Origin: Spironucleus salmonicida
Lineage: Eukaryota
Reading direction: 5' to 3'
DNA: 64,000 nt
Assembly: GCF_000497125.1 (NCBI RefSeq)
Contig: NC_090600.1
Location: 744,001-808,000, forward strand
Shown: piece by piece, positions 38,877 through 51,275 of the stretch
How the letters are laid out: each line of letters begins with the position of its first letter
Position numbering within the stretch: position 1 is the first letter of the stretch
The notes under the pieces: model-generated
What the model saw: only the letters and a program-made list of their open reading frames with translations
Database searches by the model: none
Told to the model about the DNA's origin: nothing
Translations under genes and position numbers: made by a program

Positions 38877-39920
38877 ACGGCTGCATATTTGGTTGATCAA
38901 ATTTTATATGCTGCTAAAAACGACATATAATTAATAATTATAACATATTATAGAAGTGAGTTTTAGTTAATGGTTGGTTTTAGTTATTTAATTAACAATT
39001 ATACAAAAATAATATATGATAAAAAGTGGAAAACTATCAATTTCTATTAAAAATATCTCTTTAACTAATATTCGGATTGTTATTATAAAATTAATACTTT
39101 GGCTAAATATGATTTAAATTAGAATTGTCAAATAATTGATAGAAACTGACTCTAACTTCAAGTAGTATACCTAATATAATATGAATATACAATTATTATA
39201 TCAGTTTTTTAGATATTGTAAAATAATACTTATTTATAATTTTATTTGACATTATAAAATAGTACTAAAAATATTTATGCGTTGAATAATAGGATATATA
39301 CACTCCACAGTAAAAGTAAAAGGATTTACTGCAAAACATTTGATTTACGGTAATTTAAATTATTCTAAAGTTAAAATTTTGGGAATAGAGGTTGAATATA
39401 GTGATTTAATATGAAATTATTATAATAATTTACTCTTATTTCAATAATATAATAGAAACCCCTTTTACATATCAACTATAAAATATTGTATATTCATATA
39501 ATAGTATGTGTTTAAAAATAATATTATATATTAGTTGAAATATTTACTAATTTTGTTCGATATTTTTAATAATTAGGAGTTAACAATAATATGGAATGTT
39601 GTATAAATTAAGTAATAAAATATATTAATTATAAATAAATAACATCTAAGACTATGTTCTAATGTTATTCTAGTTTTCAAAGTATTTATTAATGTGATAT
39701 TGGAATGACAAGTATTGAATTCTTGTTTCTTGTTAGTTCAAATAATTTTATATAAGTGAAAATTTGTAACCTAATAAAATGATATTGAGGATTAATTTTG
39801 AATAAGATCAGTCTAAATTACAAATAACTATATGAATTCAGTCATATAAATAGGACTATAGCAGAGATTCGTTAAAATTTTCATATATTTGTTATTGTAT
39901 AGTTGATTCTTTCGATAATA

Positions 39921-40397
39921 TCATGGAAATTTATTCTAGTCCAGTGCATCTGTTGAATATTTTAATTATTTTAGCCTTTTAATTACCTCATTAGAGGTTC
40001 GGTTGATTTTAAGTCCTATTTTACGCCATTATCTTGCGGGGGTAGAGTTAACAGCATTTATAAGTTGAGCATCATCTTCTTTAAGCCAAACTTTACAATG
40101 TTATACGTTTAGCACTCTTTAATAATGTTAATATAAAGATACTTTTTACCTTTGTCTTTTACTAACACTATTAAACTTATTAGTTATCTTAACCCAGTTT
40201 AGAAGCTACTAATTAATGTTTGATGAATTAATAATTGATTTCAACAATAATGACTCTTATTAACTGAATATATTATATTATGATTTACCCGGTGTCTTAG
40301 GATTATGATAGTCATTTATCTAAGAAGACTAAGATAACTCCTCCGAATGAGCTTAAGGTTGAGCTAGTTATTCTGAATCTGAACAATGAGAAAACAT
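39921..40397 (-). CDS. Myb-like DNA-binding protein (divergent)
   Basis: NWVKI..QHYQRVL..WLKEDDAQL..QWRKIG..RTSNEV; ends KFP. Confidence 0.8.
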
Positions 40398-40452
40398 AAT
40401 TGGTTTTTATTGTAGATAGTACTATATATAATAATATATATATAACTTAAAA

Positions 40453-40614
40453 ATGTTAAATGAATCATTAATGCTAATACTGCTGATATCATTTATCGTT
40501 ATATCTAATATAATAGCTTTCACATATTACGCTATAAAACTAAGTTGGTTTAAAAGAAACAGAGTTGATAATAATTAGCTCACCTCCAGTACAGAATCAA
40601 GTTTACTTTATTGA
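40453..40614 (+). CDS. small single-TM peptide
   Basis: 53 aa with LMLILLISFIVISNIIAFTYYAI; AGTGA just after the stop. Confidence 0.4.
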
Positions 40615-40651
40615 GTGAAGGCTCTAAATTACCTTTTTCTAGATAAATTAA

Positions 40652-41107
40652 TCAGGGGAAATAATCTCTATCAATATTAATCCATTTTTTGTTATTTTTC
40701 AAGACCTTAAGTCTGTTTATAATTTAATTATCTGTTCTACCCTCTAACTGTTTAGCCATATATTTCCACTATCTCCTAGGACTTTTTAATAATACGTTAA
40801 TTAACAAATTATCCTCATCACCTGACCATTTTCTCTGAGTTTTTTCTGGAGTTAAAACTCGGACCCAATGCTAAACAATGCTCGCCTGACCTCTTTACCG
40901 ATAATTTAATTGATTGAATTTTTATGAGATAAAACTCCAATTTTTGGCTCCATACTCTAAGATAAGAGTACTTAGTAAACTGTTCTCTTATTCGCACCAA
41001 ATATTTGATTTCGTTCTACCTTAAGGTGGTTGATTTATCTATAATTAAACTTAATAAATCAATGCTAAGATTTACTATTGTTGTATCAAGAAATCGTCCA
41101 ACAACAT
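40652..41107 (-). CDS. R2R3 Myb-like DNA-binding protein
   Basis: YGAKNW, SIVQHWVRVL, RKWSGDED, EGRTDNQI; ends YFP like the 29833 gene. Confidence 0.88.
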
Positions 41108-41830
41108 TTTTTTCCCAAAAAAGATAAAATAAATATTGTGATATTTATATACTTCAGTGAGTTAGCCGTTGATATATTGTATTTAAAAATAATACAACAG
41201 AACTTACATTTATTATAATAATTTTAGAATTATCAAAAAATTTAAAAATTTAAGATTTATGGCATTAATTATGCTGAAATATAGAATAAATCGACCTATG
41301 GAAATTTTCAATTTCCTTTGTTTTAGAGTACTATTATTATCGTATAGAATTATAAGTTTGTATTAAATTTCCTTGATAGCGATATCATGTTAAAATAATT
41401 ATAAACATATTTCAGATCAATAATTGATCAGATAATTTTATAATAGCTACTAATGTAAAAACAATAGAACTAATATGAAAATTGTAGTATCTTATGATAT
41501 AGTATAATATAAAAATCAGAATATATTTAACAGAATAATATATACTCTAATATGTTAATACGTAACTAAGCCGATGTATGAAACGAATTCCCCATAAATT
41601 GTAACTATTATACACACTATAAGCCTTTATATAATTTTGCTAACTAAATTTTAAATACTGCTATCTCGGTAAAAAATTTATTAAATTTGATTAGAAGCAT
41701 TATTTCCCGGTGACTGTTATTCAATAGTATTTTTCTATATATTAATTATATATATCAAAATATATGTTTCTAATATGATTATAAAATATATAATAATATA
41801 TTTTTAACTTTCCACTCTAAAAAAGCATAA

Positions 41831-42193
41831 ATGAATTGTAAATTCTAAAGGTTCAAACTACTCAGTATTGATGATAATCTCACCTGGATGGAGATAGAAG
41901 ACTTTATTTAGTACTGCAAGCTGACTATTTTCTCAACTGATACCGAAATTTCTAAGGCCGCAAATCTTTACAACTCCTTATTTTCAGATATCAGCTGCTA
42001 CTACTACGATGCGGTAGCCCTGTCGCTGTATTTCGTGTAGGATACACACGACAAACTATCCCTGCAGCAGTTCTCATGCTCGCTTGATATTCCTTGTGAG
42101 CGGTTGATTTAGCTTTGGCAAAATCGAATAGAACACATAAAGCTGAACTTCACTACATCTCCAGGTTTCTTAGAGCAGTTCTAAGTCCAATGA
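41831..42193 (+). CDS. hypothetical protein (120 aa)
   Basis: Open frame after the TTTCCACTCT motif. Confidence 0.55.
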
Positions 42194-42369
42194 TCGTTGG
42201 TAACCTCTCTGCATGCCATTTCTGTATATAACTGTTCGATTGATTTTCTAGTGATTTTTTGCAAAGTTTCGCCTATTATATAATAATATATGATTATGTT
42301 ATACTCCTATTTTTATTATAAATTATTATACATAATATAATATTAAATTTTTCACTCCACAAATCAATC

Positions 42370-42711
42370 ATGATCCCATACATTTACCGCAAAATTTACA
42401 CCGAGGAGGACAAAAAGGCCTCGCTTGAAAAAGCTGCGCTGCACGCTATTTTCTCACCGGAGAAACTAATTTTCTCCTTCCAAACCGATCAAATCAACTT
42501 CAAAATCGCAAATTTAGAGGTTTTTTCAGGTCAAAAGGCACCGTTTTCTGGAGTTTTTGATGTATCTTTCAAGGATTTCGACATCTGTGCGATCGCTTTA
42601 AACGACCAGGTCATCGGCGAAATAAAGTTCGAGGTTGGTGGGAACTTCGCCATTGGATTCAGCGGTAATGGGGTTGATTCTGTTGGCGTAGACTTTGTGG
42701 TTAGGAAGTGA
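42370..42711 (+). CDS. hypothetical protein (113 aa)
   Basis: CACTCCAC upstream; AAGTGA end. Confidence 0.7.
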   Translation: MIPYIYRKIYTEEDKKASLEKAALHAIFSPEKLIFSFQTDQINFKIANLEVFSGQKAPFSGVFDVSFKDFDICAIALNDQVIGEIKFEVGGNFAIGFSGNGVDSVGVDFVVRK

Positions 42712-43056
42712 AAAATTGAATATTATTTATATATAATTATGGGTAATAATAATTACGTATATTTGGAATGTAGAAGTAAGATTAGTAGAAATTTAATTAT
42801 TATATTATAATAATTGAATAAAATACATGTAGAAAATATCCTTGTGACATATAATTAAATTATATAATAAACTGAATAAATTAGATTATTTGTTTTTATA
42901 TATTATATTAAATAGGTATACTTGATGTAACAGATTAAGAGTTGTATACTAATAACTTTATACGTTTAAAGTATACAATTTCCAATTACTAATATATAAT
43001 ATTATATGATATTTATGAAATAAATCTTTTTACTTTCATTCACTGATTTATTAAGA

Positions 43057-43449
43057 ATGGACGCTATCATTGCCAAACTCGATTTCGTCACTGTAGTATC
43101 TGAAAAAGAATCCAAGCCTGTTATGCTTGAATGTTTTGCCACCTGGTGCCCACCCTGCAGAGCTCAGATCCCACATTTGGCTGAGCTTACTAAGAAGTTC
43201 CCTAATGTTTATATTGTCTCAGTTTCTCAGGAAGACAAAGCTAAGGTTGAATCCATGGCATCTAAGATGAAGCCTATGAAGGAATATAACCTGGCTGTTG
43301 ATCCCTCTGGCTAAGTTCAGACCTTTATGGAAAGCAATGGTGTTTAGGGTATTCCTCATGCCTTTGTTTTTGACAAAGCCGGCACTTTGATTTATAGCGG
43401 TCACCCCGGAGGCCCTGAGTGCGAAGAAGCTTTAGCTAAAATCAACTGA
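43057..43449 (+). CDS. thioredoxin/TlpA-like redoxin
   Basis: FATWCPPCRAQIPHL...GIPHAFVFDKAG. Confidence 0.9.
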
Positions 43450-43581
43450 TTGGATTTTATCATTTTTATTTTTAACTTAAGAATCTTTGTTTCATTTATA
43501 ATGGCAGAAATTTCAAAGTCTCATCTTCACAAAATAAACTATATAATTTTAATCGTATAAATAAAAATTTAGAAATTATAA

Positions 43582-43932
43582 TCACTATTACACCGACTAA
43601 AGGATAAATTTAGCAATACTAAAATTTACAGTATAAATAAGCAAATAAGATATAATTTCAACCTATTATAATCTATTTACTAGAAAACCTTGCTTCTGAT
43701 AATCTGAATTTTTGAGTTCACACCATTACACTAATACTTTATATGCACTAATACTACCTAAGCATAATCTATGTTGAATTTATTATATTTCCTCCATTGA
43801 ATCAACCGACTGAATATACATAGCGCATATTTACCTAATTGGTTGCACCTGTTCCGACAACCTCTATCGCTCATTTGACAAAACATTATAATTAAAAATA
43901 TAATTATTTTCTATTAATAATATTGAACTCAT
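43582..43932 (-). CDS. hypothetical protein
   Basis: Open frame ending TAG-TGA. Confidence 0.35.
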
Positions 43933-43951
43933 TTATTTTCTTATTCCAAAT

Positions 43952-45541
43952 TCAGCCCTGTAGCCGCGCCTCATCCACCATAGCGCCACGCCGTCCTGGA
44001 CCAGATTTTAGCGCCAACACATATCCACCATATCCTAAAAATAAACTTATAGCCATAAAACAAATCCCCTCGATCTATACAATGTTTGTACGCTCGACAC
44101 TAAAATTAACTATCGGAATCTGCGTCCCTGCGAAGTTCAGCATACCCCACGAATCGCTATTGAACGTTACTTTGAAAGCATCCACTGGGTAGCAGAAAGA
44201 TGACGGGAAGACGACCTCCATTGACGTGTAGAAGAAGGACCCAGTATACAGAGAAACATTGTACTGCTCTGTCGCGTCATTGGAGACATATAGTATGATC
44301 GGAAGCTGCTATCCGGGACCTGGATCACAACCGGTGAGGTAGTTGATTGTTATGCAGAACTGATTGTCACGCCGCAGCAGGTTCGCCGAGTTAACACAAG
44401 TCGGTACGTATACAGCGCGGTCAAAATATATCTCCATAAGGGAGAAGTTATAGTGCATAAAAGCGACTTACATATTGTAGATGAAGCTCTGGCCGTACAA
44501 CTGCAACAATATGAGGTCCTTCTTGCATTCTGTAACATTCGAAGCATTTGTGCAATCAATCCAGAATTCTGGCTAATAAAAATCAAACAGTAGCATCTAT
44601 TGCTCAAAAACCCAGGTCCTGCCTTCTGTAAAATTTTTGGATTCTTAAACACATAATGTTACAAAGGCTTGCTCTGTAGTGTTGAAGGCTGACGCATTTA
44701 GGAGAGTTGTAGTAAAGTGGATTTTGTCCCCTTAAAAATTAACAATGAGCTCTTTGTAAAAATTTTTATATGATATCGCCCGGATGCCTTGAATTTCCTG
44801 CTAAATAATAGTTTCATACGGTTTCAGGTTTGGGTTGGTATTATCAGGATCAACTTCGTTGTAGGTCACTAGTCTGATAAAACCTGTAAAGAAAGCCTCG
44901 AAATAAACGCTATAAACATCAGCAATGCATTTTTCATAGGAATATGATTAGTCAATGCACTCAACAGCTAATCCTTAATATTATACAAGAGACTGATTGT
45001 AATTTTTGATCCTATGAGTCCAGACGAGATCTGGATAAATATGCATCTAAATATCTACGTCTACTTATTCGAATCTGCATAAATACGCTTTTGGAAATGT
45101 AATAGTGTAAACTCCTTAAACTAGATCCGGAACAATGTAGACTTCTGAAAAACACTACTCATGATTATAAAATTCCATGCTTAGAGTGGAAACAGTTGAA
45201 GAAAACTCAGAGCTGATCTAATTAAACACGAATGAGTATTTAAGGTTTGTTAATGTTTTCATTTCTGCAATACATAAATCTGTCGATTCTATACATTGTA
45301 GTTGAATTATTTTGTTATCATGAAAATCAAAAAAGATACTACCTGATTCTAATGTATTAGTACCAAGACTTATTACTATTTATGTAGATAGTTGTTGATA
45401 CTCTTCGCAGATTCTTTCACTCTCCTTATCTAAGTCAAAGTTTCTCAAAAATAGTGATATATAAGCATATCCAGAGACTTCAGAGAAGTTTAATGTAGAA
45501 TTATAGGCAAAGCAACTAAGGGATAAAACTCCTATTAGCAT
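43952..45541 (-). CDS. type-I membrane/surface protein, paralogue 1
   Basis: Signal-like MLIGVLSLSCF, scattered Cys, C-terminal TM; paralogous to the 58872 gene. Confidence 0.8.
44526..45296. repeat. identical 771-bp inverted core shared by the surface-protein paralogues (partner 59117-59887)
   Basis: Coordinate sum 104413; flanks homologous but diverged. Confidence 0.93.
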
Positions 45542-46401
45542 TTTTTTCTGTATTGGTCAAGTCAATAATATATTACAAGTTCTAAATATATTTTTATTTG
45601 TTAATAATTGTATTGGTTTTGCTTAATGGCGATTAATTGGTAAAAACTCAAGTACTAGAATAATCGGTTCATCATTTTTATATTATTATTACAAAATATA
45701 CGTTCAAATTTTAAAATACTAATTATAGTACTTTAATAAAATATTAATATTTACACTTAGGATAATAAGCAAATAATTATTATAAATATAGGATAATATT
45801 ATTACTTTATCAACTATTTATTCTGTAATATCAAATGTTTCTGCTTATTATGCGATTATTATTATAATTTCCATTTTTTATAATCCCGACTATCACTGAG
45901 AGCAGGCATACCGCCAGGTGGCTCGCAATCCCCCATCCACCTGCATGGACTCCAGTATTAGTTTATAATATAATTTGAAAAATTAATACTGGAACGTAAA
46001 ATGTCACCTCCCTGAACTTCTGGCCCTGCCCACGACTGGTACATTGTGCTACCCACGATAAAATACCGATATCTTGAAAGAGAGTATGCCGCTCACCCTC
46101 GAGCATTGCACCAACCGCCGTATTGGTTTCCCGTCTCCTGGCTTTCGAACGCCCATTCTGCACACCGGCAGCCATGCTTTGTCTTATTCGCATAATTGTC
46201 AAGTTAATACCGGCGCGATTCTAGGGGTTCAATTGGACTGACCGCACAGCTCCCACCTTCTGCGGCTGGAGATGCTGGCCGAGCAACTACGATGGCGGTC
46301 GCCATCAGCCCCTCCGAGGTTGGGTTAACCAGCATCCTCTGCTGCGACCTTCTGTGCGGCACAGCTTCCCGCCGTGTGAACCGAAAAAAATATGAGCTAG
46401 C

Positions 46402-46860
46402 TCACTTAACCACATCTAGCTTCGTCAGCCTATACCTAATCTGGGTGTCGGTCCTTCCACCGACCTCGTTGGCGATCAGCTTCCACTTCTGACCGTACTT
46501 TTCGTACGCCTGGATCAACTTCTTGTCCTCGTCCTTGGTCCACCTCCCCTTCTTGAGCCCTTACTTGAGCACACGGAAATACCGCTGGTAGTACTGGCTC
46601 GTGCGGATGCTGAGTGCGAACGTTTGGTTGAGGACCGCCGTGATCTCAACCCAGCTCTGCTTCTCGTGGACCTGCGCGAGCTCCAGGAGCATGGAGTCGA
46701 TCTTGGAGTTGAACACGTACTGCCTGACGGACTTCGCCGAGTGCTACTTGTGCATCGACAGGATAGAGATGTCCGAGAGCCGGGACAGGTGGTCGTCGTT
46801 GAACTGCTCGTTGGGGTCCACCGAAATGAACGAGGTCACGATGTTGAACGAGTACTCCAT
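46402..46860 (-). CDS. Myb-like DNA-binding protein (second subtype, copy 1)
   Basis: KKGRWTKDEDKKLIQAYEKYGQKWKLIANEVGGRTDTQIRYR. Confidence 0.9.
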
Positions 46861-47186
46861 TTTCTACGAATTGGAAACTCGGACCCTAATAGAACCAGTA
46901 TTCTGGCTATATTCCACGTTTCACTTTGTAGATATCATTATTATGCATATTACAATACAGTGTATACTTTGACTGGTATTTTTTAAACCGGATTATTTCG
47001 TATACCTGGTGGTTTATATTCGCTCTCAATTGTATATTTCCAGTCCCGCCCCTTGGGTATTGTTTCGGGTATCACGTCGTTTAATTGTATACCTTCGCTC
47101 GGCCACGATACACTCGTGCAGCGGCGTCTGACGTGTGGACCTGGCCGCAAGGTTTCCGGGCCCATTTGCTTTCCGCTCCGCTCCGA

Positions 47187-48107
47187 ATGGCAACCTGCGC
47201 CCTCTGCGACCAGTTCGACTCCTTCTCGGAGTTCCCGGTCCTGAACCAACTGTACCAGGGCCTGGTGGACCAGCTAGAGCAGAAGAGCTTTGTGCCCTAC
47301 GACTTCGCGGGGGTGTACCTGCAGTTCTTCGCGCAGGCGCTCGGCCAGTACCAGTGCGCGCAGCCCCTGTGCCTCTACAGCTTCCTGCTCGAGGCGGCGT
47401 GCATGCTCCAGCAGATCCTCCCGACCAACCGGCTGATCTCCAACATCACCCGCCGCGTCAACGCCTCGCTGTACGACGCCGTGCAGAACCCGGACAGCTT
47501 CAAGTGCGACTTCCTGCTCCAGACGAGTTTGAGCCAGCAGAAGCCCCGGCAGCTATCCAGGCCCATCGTGGACCAGGCGGTGTCCCACGCGCGGTACCAG
47601 CTGCAGGCCTCCGCGATAGACGCCCAGCAAGCGGGGCAGGCGCTGGTACAGCTGCTCACCGGTGTGAGGTGCACCATGGTGGTGGGCAATAGCCCCGCGG
47701 TGCTGCAGGCCGCCAGTCAGTGCGACCTCGTGTTCGTCCTCCGCTGCAACGAGGACATTACGGCGTCGGCGGTCACATACCTGGGCCAGCTGGGGGCGAA
47801 GGCAGTGCCCGTCGAGCTCGATATGATACCCCACCTGGCCGGGCGTTGCTTTGGGCTGATCTCGGCCCCGCGCTTCGTGTTCCGGAACGGCAGCTGCGTG
47901 ACCGACGCCGGTACCGGGGCGGCCTGCGAACTCTTTCGGACCATGGCGAGGAAGGTCATCTTCGTGATCGAGGCGGGTCAGGTCAGTGAGGAGGAGGGCA
48001 GCCGCGACACGTTCGGCCCGGACTGGGTGGACGCGGCCAACATCGACTACTACGTGTGCGCGAAGGGACTGGTGGCGCCCAGACAGGTATTCTCGGCGTG
48101 CGAGTGA
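47187..48107 (+). CDS. eIF2B beta-like subunit (IF-2B family), copy 1
   Basis: ISNITRRV, VFRNGS...GT, DWVDAANIDYYV..G.VAP resemble eIF2B-beta; ATG 47187. Confidence 0.65.
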   Translation: MATCALCDQFDSFSEFPVLNQLYQGLVDQLEQKSFVPYDFAGVYLQFFAQALGQYQCAQPLCLYSFLLEAACMLQQILPTNRLISNITRRVNASLYDAVQNPDSFKCDFLLQTSLSQQKPRQLSRPIVDQAVSHARYQLQASAIDAQQAGQALVQLLTGVRCTMVVGNSPAVLQAASQCDLVFVLRCNEDITASAVTYLGQLGAKAVPVELDMIPHLAGRCFGLISAPRFVFRNGSCVTDAGTGAACELFRTMARKVIFVIEAGQVSEEEGSRDTFGPDWVDAANIDYYVCAKGLVAPRQVFSACE

Positions 48108-48618
48108 GGACGTTTGCCAAGATTCTAGCGTGCTCGACCGGATGCTCTGCCCAAGCTTCCCAAGAGCAGATCGAGCCCGAAGTTGCTTCTAGAGGGAAAC
48201 CGCGCAATAGGAGAGCTTGTCTCCCCTGGGCAAGGCCTTGACCGGCAGTCTAAGCAGTATATTCCGCACGCCAGCTTCCAAACCCTGGGCGCACGCGATC
48301 ACCGCAGCCATGGCTAATACCATAGACCAATTGAGAAATCCACCTAAATTAATAGAAAAACCACAATTTCCATTTAAAACAACCCAAGCAATATCTATCC
48401 ATACTCCCTGCCGATCGCCATTTCTCAAAACTCTCACTAACGTGATATTCATAAAATTTGTAAAATAAAAACTAAATAATTTTTTAATAAAAAGTTATTA
48501 TTATATATTATTAATATATAATTTATTTTTATTCATTATTATACATATTCCATATAATAAACCAATTTGGCTAAAACGCGTATTTTTACATTTTCACCAC
48601 AGCAAACCCAAACTCAAG

Positions 48619-48903
48619 TCACTTTTTTGCTTGCCTGCCCAAATTCTCCCAGTTTATATCGATCCTCTAGATGTTCCTTTCATGTTTCGCGAGCTGGAAC
48701 CTCAGCGACTTCTCTGTGGACCTCAAATTATGCAGAATCCTTCCAGTTTCGATCAAAACCGCTGCCAATGCCATGAGCTGCTCAGTCTCCACCGATCCTG
48801 CTAGTTTGTTGTAGAAGTTGGATTCAATTGAGTCGTTCACTACTATCGCTCCTAGCTCACCCATCTGCCTCAAATACTTCGCCTGTGTGTCAGAGGAAGA
48901 CAT
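48619..48903 (-). CDS. hypothetical protein (94 aa)
   Basis: Track ORF extended through TAG to AAGTGA. Confidence 0.6.
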
Positions 48904-49019
48904 TTTTGGTTTTATTGTAAGAAGTTAGATACTATATAATATTCATTAAAATTTGAAATGGAATAAACTGAATACAAACAATAATTTGATATTATAATAT
49001 AATATATATTTCATATCAA

Positions 49020-49532
49020 ATGAAGCTCAATCCTACAATTTATCGAGGCACCTACCACGAGACATACGGCCCGAAGTCGCTAGTGCTCCGCGCCGTGGGG
49101 CCAGTTCCGGTGGTGGCACCCGAGTCCGTGTCCCTGGTATCGCGGGATACGACGCGCATGAAAAACCGGCTCAGGCCGCAGAATCACCAGTCAGCGCGGA
49201 CCCCGAAGATGACCGTTCAGAGTTTCGATACCGGGAATGACACTGTCGAGAGCCAGAGCGACATCCAAAAGTTTTCCCAGAACATCCATGACCAAATCGT
49301 CTTCCAGAGGGAGCTGGACGGCATGGCGTCGGTGCCGACGAAGAAGTCGCAGAAGCCGCTGCGCCACACGGAGTCGGCGAAATGCGAGATGAAGAACTGG
49401 GACCAGATCCGGCAGGACTCGCTGAAGGGAAGGCGGAGCACGAGGCAGGGTAGGGACGACCCGCAGTTCCAGTTCAACGACGACAAAGAGGACTTCATTC
49501 CGGACGAGAACATAGATTGGATCTTCAAGTGA
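49020..49532 (+). CDS. hypothetical protein Z (170 aa)
   Basis: ATG..AAGTGA; GC3-rich coding pattern. Confidence 0.75.
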   Translation: MKLNPTIYRGTYHETYGPKSLVLRAVGPVPVVAPESVSLVSRDTTRMKNRLRPQNHQSARTPKMTVQSFDTGNDTVESQSDIQKFSQNIHDQIVFQRELDGMASVPTKKSQKPLRHTESAKCEMKNWDQIRQDSLKGRRSTRQGRDDPQFQFNDDKEDFIPDENIDWIFK

Positions 49533-49552
49533 GCGGAGCGGTTAAATAAAAC

Positions 49553-50104
49553 TCACTGGGTGCCCCTGTGGGAGACGTAGATACCGTCGAGGAACTTCCT
49601 GAGATCCTTGTGGCGGATCTTTACGGACTCGTGGATCTGGGCACAGAACATGGAGACGAGCTCCACGTCGTTACCGGTGATGATGAGCTCGTCCTTGATA
49701 TCCTTGGAGATTTCGATCTTGACACCAGGCTGGGCGGTGATCTTGCGGACCTCGGACTCACGAAGGAAGTTACGGATCTCGATGGTGGACGCGTTGTCGA
49801 CGATGTTGACGGAGATGGGGAAGTGGGCATAGGCAAGTCTCATCTTGTAGAGGTAGCCCTTGGTGACGCCGGTGATCAGGTTCTGGATGTGGGCAGTGAT
49901 GGTCCTGGGGAGGGACTTCTGCTGGCCCTTCGGGAACCAGACGGTGACGATGACTTCGGCGCCTACCATCTCAAGTTCGCAGGGGGTGTGGACGAAATCG
50001 CGGAAGAGGGTGCCGCGGGGACCGGTGATGGTCACCTTCTTGCCTACAAGCTCGCACTTGATGCCCTCGGGGATAGTGATAGTACAGACGTTCTTTAGTA
50101 CCAT
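49553..50104 (-). CDS. RPL9: 60S ribosomal protein L9 (uL6), copy 3
   Basis: Identical to copies 1 and 2. Confidence 0.95.
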   Translation of the reverse strand: MVLKNVCTITIPEGIKCELVGKKVTITGPRGTLFRDFVHTPCELEMVGAEVIVTVWFPKGQQKSLPRTITAHIQNLITGVTKGYLYKMRLAYAHFPISVNIVDNASTIEIRNFLRESEVRKITAQPGVKIEISKDIKDELIITGNDVELVSMFCAQIHESVKIRHKDLRKFLDGIYVSHRGTQ

Positions 50105-50197
50105 GACGAAGGAGTGGAAAATAAAAAGCAAAATAGGTGCGGTACTAAACAGCCAAGTTCGGAATTGAATTACCGGCCCCGCGCCTCCTGCCTGGGC

Positions 50198-50593
50198 TCA
50201 GGGCGGACGCTTTAGCAGGAGCGCTGCGAACTCCAAGCCGACGAGGTCCCCACCCCAGAGCAGCTCAGTGCGGCCGAAGAGGCAAAACGCCGGCACCAGT
50301 CGCTGCCCAGTGTGCCCGAGCAGGACGTCAAAGGCGGTGTTGCTCGGGTCCACGGCCACGCAGGAACCACCAAAGAGGTCGAGGCGGGGGAAGGCGGTTT
50401 CCACAGCCGAACGGGGCTCCCGGAACAGGTATAGCACGCCAACGCCGGGGTGCTGGGCGCGGAAGGCCGCCAGGCGCTGCGGAAGGAGGCGGGTGTCGGC
50501 CACGAAGGTGCAGCTGAGCACGACCAGCAGCGGCGCGAAGGCCTCCGGGGGCGGACCGAGGTATTCTAGGGATGTCCCCTCGAGAACTGCCAT
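50198..50593 (-). CDS. thioredoxin-fold protein lacking CxxC, copy 2
   Basis: Identical to the 36902 gene. Confidence 0.65.
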   Translation of the reverse strand: MAVLEGTSLEYLGPPPEAFAPLLVVLSCTFVADTRLLPQRLAAFRAQHPGVGVLYLFREPRSAVETAFPRLDLFGGSCVAVDPSNTAFDVLLGHTGQRLVPAFCLFGRTELLWGGDLVGLEFAALLLKRPP

Positions 50594-50707
50594 TCGGAGT
50601 GGTGCGTAGAATATAGTCGCATCGTATACCCAGAGGTGTACGACGATTTGATTTCCGAGGCCCCGCTCTAGCCCCCACTACTACGATATAAATCTGCCAC
50701 TCCACAA

Positions 50708-51223
50708 ATGCCATCAGCCTTATTGTACATGTTTGAGGGATGCGAGGAGATAGAGACCTACGGTACAGCCGACATCCTCAGACGCGCGGGCGTGAAGGTC
50801 ACCCTCTTCGCGACCACCAAGACTGTAACCGGTAACCAGGGCATGATCATGACCGCCGACAGCACCACCGTTGTGGACGCCGACGCCATCATCATTCCAG
50901 GCGGAATGGGCTTCGCCAACCTCGAGGCCGATATGAAGGCCAAGGCCCTCGTGGAATCCTACGTCCAGAAGGGCAAGCTCGTCTGCGCGATGTGCGCGGC
51001 ACCCTAGGTCCTCACCAAGTGGGGCGTGTGGAAGGGCCTCAAGGTATGCGGCTACCCCGGTTGTGAGGCCCCCGGTAACACCTTCGTGGACGACAGAGTC
51101 GTGGTGGGCGACAAGCACGTGTGCGCCAAGGGCCCCGGCGTCGCGCTCGAGTTCGGTGTTGCGATCGCGACCAAGCTCGGAGCCGACGGCGAGGCTGTGC
51201 GCAAGGGGACGCTCATGCAGTGA
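50708..51223 (+). CDS. DJ-1/PfpI/ThiJ family protein, copy 2
   Basis: As copy 1, with one V/A difference. Confidence 0.93.
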
Positions 51224-51275
51224 TGTTTTACGATTGCGCATTTTTGCGACTGTCACTTTCCTCCGCATTTTCAGA

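Larger units (their letters stand above)
45876..48313. repeat. inverted segmental repeat C (partner 56053-58490)
   Basis: Coordinate sum 104366; 2438 bp, apparently identical. Confidence 0.95.

Noticed and set aside
41240-41268. Short ~25-bp inverted similarity to 54932-54958
   Set aside because: Too short and AT-rich to distinguish from chance
48108-48452. Apparent gene with two alternative N-termini (track ORFs 48189 and 55869)
   Set aside because: Under the TAR=Gln code the frame runs antisense into the eIF2B-like gene; flanks show no homology; likely non-coding repeat edge
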